A stretch of 64,000 bases of DNA from Mustelus asterias (Eukaryota). The stretch is from assembly GCF_964213995.1 (NCBI RefSeq), contig NW_027590160.1, positions 186,001-250,000 on the forward strand, read 5' to 3'. A program made the translations under genes and the position numbers. Below, piece by piece: positions 47,693-59,770 of this stretch (its first letter is position 1; every line of letters begins with the position of its first letter). The notes under the pieces are model-generated. The model ran no database searches, had not been told where the DNA came from, and saw nothing but the letters and a program-made list of their open reading frames with translations.

Positions 47693-49486
47693 TCACACAT
47701 GAAGTCGTCTATGTTTCAGCAGGCTGTAATACTGATTAAATCCCTTCCCACACATGGAGCAGTTGAACGGTTTTGCCCCAGTGTGAACTCGCTGGTGTCT
47801 CTGCAGGCGGGATGGATCAGTGAATCCCTTCTCACACAGGGAGCAGGTGAACGGTTCTGTCGCAGTGTGAACTCGCTGGTGTCTCTGCAGGCGGGATGGA
47901 TCAGTGAATCCCTTCCCACACAGGGAGCAGGTGAACGGTTCTGTCGCAGTGTGAGCTCGCTGGTGTTTCAGCATATAGGATGAATCAGTGAATCCCTTCC
48001 CACACACAGAGCAGGTGAACGGCTTCTCCCCGGTGTGAATGCGTTGGTGTCTCAGCAGGCTAGACGACTGAGCGTATCCCTTTCCACACACAGAGCACAG
48101 GAACGGCCTCTCTCCAGTGTGAACTCGCTGGTGTCTCTGCAGGTTGGATACCTGAGTGTATCCCTTCCCACACACAGAGCAGGTGAACGGCTTCTCCCCG
48201 GTGTGAACTCGCTGGTGTGTCTGCAGGCGGGATGGATCAGTGAATCCCTTCCCACACACAGAGCAGGTGAACGGCCTCTCCCCTGTGTGAATGTATTGGT
48301 GTCTCAGCAGGCCAGACGACTGAGTGAATCTCTTGCCAGAAATGGAGCAGGAGAACGGCTTCTCCCCTGTGTGAGTGCGGCGGTGTGTCCGGAGGCTGGA
48401 TGACTCGGTGAAAGCCTTCCCACACTCGGAGCAGATGAATGCCCTCTCCCCGGTGTGAACAGGCCGATGTCTCAGCAGGTGTTGTAAAGAAGCAAATGCT
48501 TTCCCGCACACAGGGCAAACGTAAGGCCTCTCCCCTGTGTGAACACGCTCGTGTATCACAAGCTGGGATGAACGAGGAAACCTCTTCCCACACACGGAGC
48601 AGAGGAATGGCCTCTCCCCACTGTGAACTCGCCGGTGCCTCAGAAGATAGTAAGACCGAGTGAATTCCTTCCCACACACCGAGCAGGTGAACAGCTTCTC
48701 CCCAGTGTGAACTTGCTGGTGTGTCAGCTGGTCAGTTGATTGAACTTCTTCCTTTCTACACATTGAGGAGGTGAATGGTTTCCCTCCAGCGTGAATACTC
48801 TTGTGTGTCAAAAGGTGTGAAAATCGAGTGAATCTCTTCCCACACAGGGAGCAGAGGAAAGGCCTCTCCCCAGTGTGAACTCGCTTGTGTGTCAGAAGAT
48901 GAGATGAATGAGCGAATCTCTTCCCACAAACAGAACAGGGGTACGGCTTCTCCCCGGTGTGAGTGTGCTGGTGTCTCAGCAGACTAATCCTTCTTTTGAA
49001 GGTCTTCTCACATTTAAAACATTTAAAATGTCTCTTCTGAGAATGAACCAGTTGGTGAACGGTGCAGTGGGAGGACTGAGTGAATCTCTTCCCACACTGG
49101 GAGCAGCTGAATGGCCTGTCCTTGGTATGAACTGGTTGATGCTCAGTGAGATGCATTGAGTCGCTGAATGACTCTCCACAGTGAGAGCAGCTGAACGGTC
49201 TCTCGTGTGTGTGAAGGAGCTGGTGCTCTGCAAGGCGGGAGGACTGGCTGAACCTCTTCCCGCAGTGGGAGCAGCTGAACGGTCTCTCGTCAGTGTGAAG
49301 GAGCTGGTGTTGGGCCTGTTCCTCAGGCGTCTCAACGCTGTCCCCAGAGTCAGAGCTTTGAAGAGGCTTCTCATCAATGTGATCGAGTTGGTGAGCCAGC
49401 AGGTTGGACGAACACATGAATTTCTTCCCACACACGGAGCAGGTGAATGAACTCTCACTATTGCGAGCTCGCTGTCGTGTCAGCAT
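47693..49486 (-). CDS. Tandem C2H2 zinc-finger protein (ZNF-F), 22 finger units of which 18 are canonical
   Basis: Stop-free frame from 49552 (TTG), first ATG at 49486. Four units lack Cys/His ligands; TATEP-linker fingers are duplicated near the C-terminus. True start uncertain. Confidence 0.88.
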   Translation of the reverse strand: MLTRQRARNSESSFTCSVCGKKFMCSSNLLAHQLDHIDEKPLQSSDSGDSVETPEEQAQHQLLHTDERPFSCSHCGKRFSQSSRLAEHQLLHTHERPFSCSHCGESFSDSMHLTEHQPVHTKDRPFSCSQCGKRFTQSSHCTVHQLVHSQKRHFKCFKCEKTFKRRISLLRHQHTHTGEKPYPCSVCGKRFAHSSHLLTHKRVHTGERPFLCSLCGKRFTRFSHLLTHKSIHAGGKPFTSSMCRKEEVQSTDQLTHQQVHTGEKLFTCSVCGKEFTRSYYLLRHRRVHSGERPFLCSVCGKRFPRSSQLVIHERVHTGERPYVCPVCGKAFASLQHLLRHRPVHTGERAFICSECGKAFTESSSLRTHRRTHTGEKPFSCSISGKRFTQSSGLLRHQYIHTGERPFTCSVCGKGFTDPSRLQTHQRVHTGEKPFTCSVCGKGYTQVSNLQRHQRVHTGERPFLCSVCGKGYAQSSSLLRHQRIHTGEKPFTCSVCGKGFTDSSYMLKHQRAHTATEPFTCSLCGKGFTDPSRLQRHQRVHTATEPFTCSLCEKGFTDPSRLQRHQRVHTGAKPFNCSMCGKGFNQYYSLLKHRRLHV

Positions 49487-49696
49487 GTTTTCCAGCTGTA
49501 TCAATCCCTCCCCACAGGAGGAGCAAGGAAACAGATTCTCACCAGTTTCCAACTGAGATGGTCAATTAAATCCCTTCAGATGCACAAATCTTCAAATCCC
49601 GATGAACCGATTGACTCTGTCTGACGTGAGATTCGATCATCCAGACTGCAGATCCTTCTCTTCAATTTCCTGCAAAATCAGTTTACAAAGAATTAC

Positions 49697-49990
49697 ATGG
49701 ATGGCACAGTGGTTAGTACTCCTGCCTCACAGCACCAGGGACCTGGGTTCGATTGTAGCCTTGGTTACCTGTCTGTATGGAGTTTGCGCATTCTCCTCGT
49801 GTCTGTGTGGGTTTCCTCCGGGTGCCCCGGTTCCCTCCCACTCTCCAAAGATGTTCAGGTTAGGTGGTTGCCCCTTTCTGTCCCAAGATGTGTAGGTTCG
49901 GGAGATTAGCGGGGTAAATATGTGGGATTACGGGAATATGCCTGGGTGGGGTGGTCTGAAAGGCCTCCTTCTGCACTGTAGGGATTCTAT
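49697..49990 (+). mobile_element. HE1-type SINE
   Basis: Head and tail similar to other copies; sits next to the ZNF-F acceptor. Confidence 0.75.
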
Positions 49991-51204
49991 GAATACACGA
50001 GATACACAAAACACAAACAGGCCAGTCTATTTTTTAAATTCATTTTTAACAGGGTGTGGGCATCGCCGACTGGGACAGCATTTATTGCCCATCCCCAACT
50101 GCCCTCCATTTCACAGGGCATTTGAGAGTCAACCACATTGCTGTGGGTTACATGTAGGCCAGACCAGTTAAGGCCAGCAGATTTCCATCCTTAAAGGACA
50201 TCAGTGAACCAGATGGGTTTTTACGACAATCAACAATGGTTTCATGGTCATCATCAGACTTTTAATTGAATTTAAATTTCACCATCTGCTGTGGTGGGAT
50301 TCGAACCTCGGTCCCCAGAACATTATCCTGGGTCTCTGGATTGCTAGTCCAGTGATAGTTCCACTGTGCCACTGCTTCCGCCGCCACCCTCCCACCCCTG
50401 CCCTGATCTGTACTGGAATTTCTAATCCACACAAATCTCCTCTCATTCTGCTCACCTCAACTCAGCTTTTCAGCTCAACTTTTTAATCCCTTTTCTCTCA
50501 TGTTCTCATCTGGTTTCCTTTTTAAAGCATCTAAAGTATTTGTCTCAACCACTTCCAGTCGCAGTGAGTTCCATATTCTAACAACTGTCCGAAGAAATAA
50601 ATATCTCCTCCTGTTGATTTATTCGTCTCTGTTGTCTGTTCATGGTTCCCAGTATTAGAAACACCAACAAGTGGAAACATTCCATTCACATCTACCTACT
50701 TATCCCATTCAGAAAGCCTATATCAGAAGAGACAACATTTTTCTCTTGGTTTGAGCTTGTTGTGTGTAAATCCTCCCTTTCTCACCCCCTGTTTAAGAAA
50801 AAGTATCCAAAATCCATCACGATAGAAAATCGCAATATTGTCTCAGGTACAAGTAATTCAGAAAGCTATTATTTATTATGAGGGGAATTGAGTAAAAGCA
50901 GGGAAGTTATGTTTCAGTTGCACAGGGCATTGGTTAGACATATCTGGAGCAGTGTGTACATTATTGGTTTCCTTATTTAAGAAAGAATATGAGTGCATAT
51001 TATTCCTTAACTGCTTTATGAGAAGCAGTTCATAGAAGGTTTAGTAGATTAATACTTGGAATAGGTGGATTGTCTGATGAGGAGCAGTGAGACAGTCTCT
51101 GCTTGAGTTTAGCTTCTGCTCGACTTCAACAGAGTAAGAGGCAACTTAATTTAAACCTTCAAGATTCTGAAAACTCTTGACAGGGTGGATATGGAGAGAA
51201 GGGT

Positions 51205-51440
51205 TAAAGCAAATTACTGCGGATGCTGGAATCTGAAACCAAAAGAGAAAATGCTGGAAAATCTCAGGAGGTCTGGCAGCATCTGTGAGGAGAGAAAAGA
51301 GCTGAAGCTTCGAGTCCAGATGACCAGATGACCTTTCGTCAAAGCATAAAAAAGGCATAGAAAGTGGGAGATATTTACACTGTGAGGGAATGAAAGATGG
51401 GTCCAAGCCACAGGAACCAGGGGAAAGGATGCTAATGGCA
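51205..51440 (-). mobile_element. Penelope-derived terminal fragment (second family) inside a decayed CR1
   Basis: Minus strand GCT-TTGACGA-A-AGGTC...GACTC-GAAGC-TTC-AGC followed by CAGATGCTGCCAGACC. Confidence 0.55.
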
Positions 51441-51789
51441 ATTTCTCTCCTGGACTGACAGGGATGGACTTTGGAAACTCCTTTTACAGGGAGTTAGAAG
51501 GGGAGGATTTACACACAGAAAACTCAACCCAAGAGAAATGTTTCTCGCTTAATTTCTATTCTTGACTGACAGTGATGATCTTTTTTACAGGAAATTTGAC
51601 GACAAAATTTAAGGGAAACTCAAACCAGACATCAGATCAAAACCTGACAGAGTCACTCCATTCATCAGAACCTGATTGTAAGTGTGTCTGTAGAAAAAGA
51701 TTCAAACATCTGTGTGGCTGGAAACAGGGAACGATAATGTCATGGAAGGATTTGCAAAAAAAGAATGCAATTTTTTCAATTGAATTGTT

Positions 51790-52050
51790 TTAAAGTTTAT
51801 TTAATAGTGTCACATTAGCTGAGCTCACATTAACACTGCAATGAAGTTGCTGTGAAATTGCCCCAGTTGCCACACTCCGGCGCTTGTTCGGGTCAATGCA
51901 CCGAACCAGGAAGCCTTTCTGACTGGGAGGAAACCCATGCAGACCTGGGGAGAATGTGCAGACTCCACACAGACAGTCACCCAAGCCATGAATTGAATCC
52001 AGGTCTCTGGCACTGTGAGGCAGCAGTGCTTACCACTGCAGCCCCATGGT
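51790..52050 (-). mobile_element. HE1-headed SINE, alternative tail
   Basis: Similar to 43800-44052. Confidence 0.7.
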
Positions 52051-52719
52051 AAGGACATGGTTATGGGTGTGTGGGACTTGATGCAGAGGACAGGGGTTTA
52101 CATACACCAAAGTTTTTCATGGATTAAATGAGGGACGCTGACAGTCAAGTCTAAAGAAAATAAAGGAATGAATGGAAGTTCTAGAAACATCAGCTGAGAC
52201 AGGGATTTAGCGAAACTCAAGTTGGTAATGAATAGATGAGGCTGTCCGGTCAAGTCAGGAGGAATGCATGAAATTTTCAGAAACAATACTAAAACAGGGC
52301 CAGGGTGAGCCATGTTAGGGGGATATGTTATCTACAGGAGGGGGCGGAAGGTAACTTATTCCACATTGATTTCTCATCTCACATCTGTCTGTGACCAGAA
52401 AGATGCCTTTGATTTGATTCGTCCTTTATAAGCAGTGGCATACTACCCAATACTTCAAGGCTTACTCCTGCTCGTAATTCATATATCCGTATATATGTTC
52501 ACTAATGTCCTTTAGGAAAGGAAATGGGTACGATGGCTATAGAGGGATATGGGTCAAATGCGGGCAATTGGGACTAGCTTAGGGGTTTAAAAAAAGGGGT
52601 GGCATGGACAAGTTGGGCCGAAGGGCCTGTTTCCTTGCTGTAAACCTCTGTGACTCTAAGTGAGAATTAACTTTAGTTTACTCACAGACACTCCAAATGT
52701 GGTAACTCAATGTTGCGCC

Positions 52720-54280
52720 ATTTGATTTGATTTATTATTGTCACTCAAAGTTTATTTATTAGTCACAAGTAGGCTTACGTTCAGACTGCGATGAAGGTAC
52801 TGTGAAAATCCCCTCGTCGCCACACTCTGGCACCTGTTCAGAGGGAGAATTTTAGCATGGCCAATTAACCTCACCTGCACATCTTGGGAGTGTGGGAGGA
52901 AACCAGAGCATCCGGAAGAAACCCACGCAGACACAGGGAGAACATGCAAACTCCACACAGACAGTGAGCCAAGCCGGGAATCGAATCTGGGTCCCTAGTG
53001 CTGTGAGGCAGCAGTGCAACCACTGTGCCACCATGCATTAGTATGAAGTGAAAAGTATTGTTTCTTGCATACCATAGATAGAGGAAGAAAGGAGAGAGTG
53101 CAGAATGTTGTGTTACAGTCAGAGCTAGGGTGTAGAGAAAGATAAACTTAATGAAAGGAGGCCCATTCAAAAGTCTGACAGCAGCAGGGAAGAAGCTGTT
53201 CTTGAGTCGATTGGCACGGGACCTCAGAGACTTTTGTATCTTTTTCCCGACGGAAGAAGTTGGAAGAGAGAATGTCGGTTGTGTGGGGTCATTGATTATA
53301 CTGGCTGCTTTTCCGAGGTCGCGGTAAGTGTAGACAGAGTCAAGGGGTGGGAGGCTGGTTTGCGTGATGGACTAGGCTTCGGTCATGACCCATTGTAGTT
53401 TCTTGCGTTCTTGGACAGAGCAGGAGCCACGCCAAGCTGTGATACAACCAGAAAGAATGCTTTCTATGATGTATCTATAAAAGTTGGTGAAAATCATAAC
53501 GGACATGCCAAATTTCCTTAGCCTCCTGAGAAAATAGAGGTGTTGGTGGGCTTTCTTAATTGTAGCATTGGCTGGAGGGATCAGGACAGGTTGTTGGTAT
53601 CTGGTCGCCTAGAAACTCAGCTCTCGACCATTTCCACTTCATCTCTGTTGATGTAGACAGGGGCATGTTCTCCTTTACGATTTCTGAAGTCGATGACAAT
53701 CTCCTTCATTTTGTTGACATTGAGGGAGAGATTATTGTCACCGCACCAGTTCACCAGATTCTCTATCTCATTCCTGTACTCTGTCTCATCATTGTTTGAG
53801 AAATGACCCACTATGGTGATGTCATCAGCAAACATGAAAATAAGTTGGGGGGGAATTTGGCCACACAGTCATAGATGTATAAGGAGTATCGTAGGGGGCT
53901 GAGGACACAGCCTTGTTGGGCATCAGTGTTGAGGATGATCGTGGAGGAGGTGTTGTTGCCTATTCTTACTGATTGCAGTCTGTGTGTTAGGAACTCTTGG
54001 ACCCAGTCATAGAGAGAGGAGCTAAGCCCCACGCCATGGAATTTGGAGATGCGTTTCATAGGAATAATGGTGTTGAAGGCTGAACTGTAGTCAATAAATA
54101 GGAGTCTGAAATAGGTGCTTTGTTATCCAGCTGGTTCCAGGGTTGAGTGCAGGGCCAGGGAGATGGTGTCTGCTGTGGACCTGTTGCGGTGGTTGTGAAC
54201 TGTAGTGGATCCAGGCAGTCTGGGAGGCCAGACTGATTTGTGCCATGACTAACCTTTCAAAGCACTTCATAATGATGGAT
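52720..54280 (-). mobile_element. Rex1/Babar-type LINE 3' fragment, with a SINE (52748-53033) inserted near its tail
   Basis: FLTHRLQSVRIG, QGCVLSP, FADDITIVG...NNDETEYRNEIENLVNWCGDNNLSLNVNK.KEIVIDFR. Confidence 0.8.
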
Positions 54281-55675
54281 GCATTCAGATATAGAAGATG
54301 GACAGAGAAAGGAAAGATTTACAGTGCAGAGATCACAGAGAACAATTGTGTTTCACATGATCCAGAATCAAAATGTTGCTTCTGGGAGAGTGAGGTGTGA
54401 GTTTGTTTGTGTCTCCCAGATTGCTCCATTTGTTCAGGGGTCAGAGACACACACAGATTCAGCTATTTCTCCCATTTTAATAATTTTAGAAATAGCTATG
54501 AGGATATCAATACATGTTTTCAAAGAAGTATGCAGTGTGAGGTCACAGCCCCCTCACCGATGGAAACCCATTCTTGGAGATGGCACAGGTGTGTGGTTGG
54601 AAGGGCATCGAGGGGGTGAGACCCAGGGTAATGTTCTGGGAACCGAGGTTCAAATCCTGCCACGGCAGGTGGTGGAATTTACATTTCATAAAAGTTTAAA
54701 TTTGAAAGGCTAATGATGAGCAAAAAACCATTATTGATTATCATAAAAACCCATTGGGTTCATGAGTGCTGTTTAGGGAAAAACAAATCTGCCATCTTCA
54801 CCTGGTCCGGCCTACATGTATCTCCAGGTCTGCAACGTGGTTGAATCTTAAATTCCCTCTGATATGACACAGCAAGCCACTCAGTTATACCCAACTAGTA
54901 TAAAGTTACTAAAAAGGTATGGAAATGGGCAGACCAGGCATGGGCCTTGACACGGGAAACAGCCTTGTCGACCCTGCAAAGTCAGATTTAGAAAATAAAT
55001 ATTTGAACCTGGTTGTAAACAGCCTGCTTCAGCACCAGAGTGGGATGGTGTCAGTGTCCACGGGGTGGAGTTTGTAGCGTGGACTGAAGACAATCCTTTC
55101 ATGTTTCTCACTCTTTAAATGGAGGAAACTTTTCCTCATCCAGGACAGGATCTCAGTCCAGTCGGGATGCTGTGTGACTTTGAGGTGATGATGTTCACAT
55201 TCACCTGTGAACCTGGTCTTTCTAAATGGTGGAGGTTGAGGGTTTGGGAGTTTCTGTCTGGTTGTAGATGTATCCACTCCTTCACCTCTTCTCCTCCCAC
55301 ATCTCTTAATCCCGCCCATCCGCTGCCTCTTCACATTGAAGCTCTGGTCTTGTAGAGGTTCAGACTGGCTCAAAGGTTCCCTTCCCTGAAGGACATTAGT
55401 GAACCAGTTGGGTTTTTATGACAATCCATCAGTTTTCTTGGTCTCTTTTTCCCAGTGCTGGCCCCACAAATGACCAGATTCATTCAGCTCCATTTCACAA
55501 CCTGCCTTTGTGTTTTTGTGTGTTCTCTCTCACTCTCTTTTTTTCTTTTTTAAATCAATTTCACAGCATATTCAAAGGTGAGGATTTGCAGTCGGAAAAC
55601 TGAAACCAAACATCACATCAGGATCAGACAGAGTCGCCCAATTTATCGTAATATGCGTATCATTGGATTTTGAAC

Positions 55676-56521
55676 ATGGAAGGAAAAAGCACCGCTCACA
55701 GTGGGGAGAAACTGTACACGTGTTCCGTGTGTGGACGGGGATTCAGCCGTTTATCTGGCCTGTCAAAACATAAATGCAGTCACAACGGGGAGAAATTGTG
55801 GAAATGTGAGTATTGTGGCAAGGGATTCAGTTCCCCATCAGAGCTGGAAATTCATCGACGGTGTCACACTGGGGAGAGACCGTTCACCTGCTCCGAGTGT
55901 GGGAAAGGATTCACTCAGTTGTCCCACCTAGTGAGACACCAGCGAGTTCACACTGGGGAGAGACCATTCACCTGCTCTGTGTGCAAGGTGGGATTCACTC
56001 AGTCAGCCCACCTGGTGTCACACCAGCGAGTTCACACTGGGGAGAGACCTTTCACCTGCTCCGAGTGCAAAATGGGATTCACTCAGTCAGCCCACCTGGT
56101 GTCACACCAGCGAGTTCACACTGGGGAGAGACCATTCACCTGCTCCGAGTGTGGGAAGAAATTCAGCCGGTCGTTTCACCTTCTGATTCACCAGCGAATT
56201 CACTCTGGAGAGAGACCATTCACCTGCTCTGAGTGTGAGAAGGCATTCATTACATCAACCGAACTGTTGACACACCAGCGGATTCACACTGAGGATAACC
56301 CGTTCACCTGCTCCAAATGTGGGAAGGAATTCGCTAACTCTTCTAACCTGATCTGCCATCAACGAATTCACACTGACGAGAGACCTTTTAAATGCCCAGA
56401 CTGTGGAAAGTGCTTTAAAAGTTTTGGGAACTTGATGACCCATCAACGGGTTCACACTCGAGTCCGTTCAGATGCTTTCACTGTGGGACTGAGTTCAGAC
56501 AATCATCTCCTCTCACTGTAA
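55676..56521 (+). CDS. Tandem C2H2 zinc-finger protein (ZNF-G), 9 fingers, last two fingers lost to a frameshift
   Basis: ATG 55676 [13 protein letters not shown], acceptor ending at 55566. A net 4-nt loss at ~56458 relative to ZNF-E shifts the frame; finger-like sequence continues to ~56612. Confidence 0.87.
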   Translation: MEGKSTAHSGEKLYTCSVCGRGFSRLSGLSKHKCSHNGEKLWKCEYCGKGFSSPSELEIHRRCHTGERPFTCSECGKGFTQLSHLVRHQRVHTGERPFTCSVCKVGFTQSAHLVSHQRVHTGERPFTCSECKMGFTQSAHLVSHQRVHTGERPFTCSECGKKFSRSFHLLIHQRIHSGERPFTCSECEKAFITSTELLTHQRIHTEDNPFTCSKCGKEFANSSNLICHQRIHTDERPFKCPDCGKCFKSFGNLMTHQRVHTRVRSDAFTVGLSSDNHLLSL

Positions 56522-58284
56522 ACCAGCGAGTTCACACTGGGGAGAAACCATTCATCTGCTTCAAGTGTGGGAAAGGATTCAATCAGTCATCCAACGTGCT
56601 GACACACCAGCCAGATTGGAGTTTGCTGTTAATCACATCCAGAACTGAACTATATTTATTGGGGTCTGATGTTAACAATATCCAGTGCAGATTTAGATAT
56701 TAGTATTCTGGGTTAAAAATAAAATAAAAAATCAACTTTGTTTTAATTTTTGAATGACTGCATCTTCATTTGGGAGGCTGGGATTATCCCCGTTTCGAGG
56801 GAACTAAGGAATAGACCATAAGCCATAGGAGCAGCATTCGGCCATTCAGCCTTCATTATAACAATGATCTCATTGTGATTCCTGCTGGTTGGGAAATGTG
56901 CGATATTGATGCCAGTCTGTCTTTCTTCAATTATCTTCAATCCCAGTCCTCTGGTTACTGACCCGCATCAGTGGAACGGTTTCTCCCGATCTGTTCTATC
57001 AAACCACCCGTCCCCACTCCGATAATCTTGAACAGATCCATGAAATCTCCATTTCAGCTTCTTTGTTCTAAAGGGAACACATTTGGGGGAGGCGATGCCT
57101 AATGGTATTATCGATAGACTATTAATCCAGAAACCCAGCTAATGTTCTGGGGACCCGGATTCGAATCCACATTTTGAAAAAGATGAACAGTGTCTGTGGT
57201 TTACAGTGAGAGGAGATGATTGTCTGAACTCAGTCCCACAGCGAAAGCATCTGAACAGGTGGTGCAGCACATTTCCCAGGACATTGGAGCAGTAATGAAT
57301 GAGGCCAGGATGACAGAGTCGAAACAACATTATATTCTTTATGCTTGAAACCTGTCTTAGAATTCTCTTCATTAACTGGACCATCAATGTGAGGGGAATT
57401 AGCATCTTCTGTAATTCCAGAACCAAGAGACACTGATTCCCCAGGGATGTTGTTCTGTAATTTACACTATCCCCCAGCAGGGCTCTTCACCCAGGCTGAC
57501 AAGAGGCAGCTCAGTGTTCGTGATTTGTCATTGCTGCTGTTCCAGATGTTGTTCAATGTAGACTCAAGTTTAGAGAAAGGAGTGGAAATGGGTCATCAGA
57601 ACTCTCACTGTCCCTGACGGGTCATGGTTACTTGAATTTCTCAAACATTGTGGTTTGTAAAGACACTGTTATTTCATCTCCAGTATTAGTCAGAATGGGC
57701 TGTATTCTCCACATGATAGGGCTGGAATTATCTGTGTGGGTGTGTGTCTATGAATGAAGATGTCTGTCTGGGTGTGGGTGTGTGTCTATGTTTGCCCATA
57801 TCTGTGTAAGAGACAGGGAGAGAGAGTGTGTTTGGATCTCTGTGTTTGGATATCTTTATGTGCTGCTCCTTCTTAGGTGGTTTGTCTCAAAGGTTCCTCT
57901 CCGGGTGATTTGAGTAGAATCATTCAGAGATTCTTCATCCTGGGTGAATCCACAGGCTGACCATGTGCTGTGTAAAACCTGACATCCACACCACCAGACT
58001 CCACTTTTCCTGGAACAACATCAAGTGTTTGCTGCTTTCCTGATCCTTCCTTTTCCCTCCCTTTTCAATTCTATCACTTCTCATGATTCTGAATTTCAGA
58101 GAGGACAGACTCATCCCACTGAATGTCCTCCAAGGACAACCGCCTCATCTCAGGAATCAGTCCAGTGAAATTTAGTTGCACAAAGACAGTGAGCAAATAG
58201 AACAAAGACCAAAAGAGGGAAATAGATAGAGACACAGACAGAGGCTGTTCGAGTGAAAGAGACTGAGCGAGAGTTACAGTCATA

Positions 58285-59770
58285 GTCATACAGTGCAGAA
58301 AACACCCTTCGACCCATGGAGTCTGCACCAACAATAGCTACCACTAAGCCCCATGCTAATCCCATTTTCCAGCACTTGTCCCATATCCTTATCTGAATGC
58401 TATAATATTTCAAGTGCTCATCCAAATACTTTTTAAAGGTTGTTAAGTTTCCAGCCTCCACTACCTTCCCAGGCAGTTTATTACAGATTCCCACCACCCT
58501 CTGATTTTTCTCAACTCTCCTCTGAATCTCTTGCCTGGCCCCCTAAAACTACATCCCCTCATGATTGACCTCTCAACCAAGGGTTCTACTCACCCGGTCC
58601 ATATCCTTCATAATCTTATTCACCACAGTCATGTCCCCCTCAGCCTTCTCTGCTCTGAACACTCCAAACCAATCCAGTCTCCTTATAGCTCAAATGTTCC
58701 ATCCCAGGCAACATCCTGGTGAATCTCCTCTGTACCCCCTCCAGTGCAATCACATCCTGTGGGGGGGAGGTTTAACACAGATATCAGAAGGACATATTTC
58801 ACACAGAGGATCGTGGGGGCCTGGAATGTGTTGCCGGGCAAGGTGGTGGAGGCGGACACACTGGGAACGTTTACGACTTATCTAGGCAGCTATATGAACG
58901 GAGTGGGAATGGAGAGATACAAAAGAGTGGTCTAGTTTGGACCCGGGAGCGGCGCGGGCTAATTGTTCCTTGTTTCTCGTTTCAAGGCTTCATTCTATGA
59001 TCATCTTGCTGGTGCCAGTACAGAGCGAGACTGCGGATAGTTGGGAACCTGTCTCGGGGGCAGGGAATTCATATGGTGTTCGTGGAAGTGGAAATGACTA
59101 TGGTTGGGAAGCATTTTCCGATCGGGGCCATTGTGATCTCCTGGACTCGTTTCGATCGCCTCAGGGGGTCGGAGAGGAATTTCCCAGATTTTTTTCCCCC
59201 ATATTGGCCCTGGGGTTTTTCACTCTGGGTTTTCGCCTCTCCCTGGAGATCACATGGTCTGGAATGGGGGGGTGGGGGTGAGTTAATAGGTTGTAATGAA
59301 CAAAGCATCGTAGCTGTGAGGGACAGCTCGGTGGATAGGATATTGGTATGTAGATAGGCTGGAAAATTGGGCGGGGATCCTAGATTCAGGATTCAATCCT
59401 GGACCGGGGAGCGGCGCGGGCTTGGAGGGCCGAAGGGCCTGCTCCTGTGCTGTATTGTTCTTTGTTCTTTGTTCCTATAGTGAGGTGACCAGAACTGCGC
59501 ACAGTACTCCAGCTGTGGCCTAACCAACATTCTGTACAGCTCCAGCATTATCTCTTTGTTCTTATACTGTATGCCACGACTGATAAAAGCAAGTGTCTCA
59601 TATGCCTTCTTATTCTATTCATCTGCTCTGCTACCTTAAGTGAATAAATACCCCAAGATCCATCTGCTCCTCTGATTTTACCTCGTGTCCTTCCATTCAT
59701 TAATTATTTCTTTGTCTTGTTACTTCTTCCAAAGTGCATCACTTCACACTTATCAAGGTTAAATAACATA
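58285..59770. mobile_element. Decayed minus-strand CR1 with a nested plus-strand CR1 3' end (58758-59473)
   Basis: FTQRIVGAWNVLP and (TTCTTTG)n tail inside; CR1 antisense sequence resumes with TATAGTGAGGTGACCAGAACTG. Confidence 0.8.
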
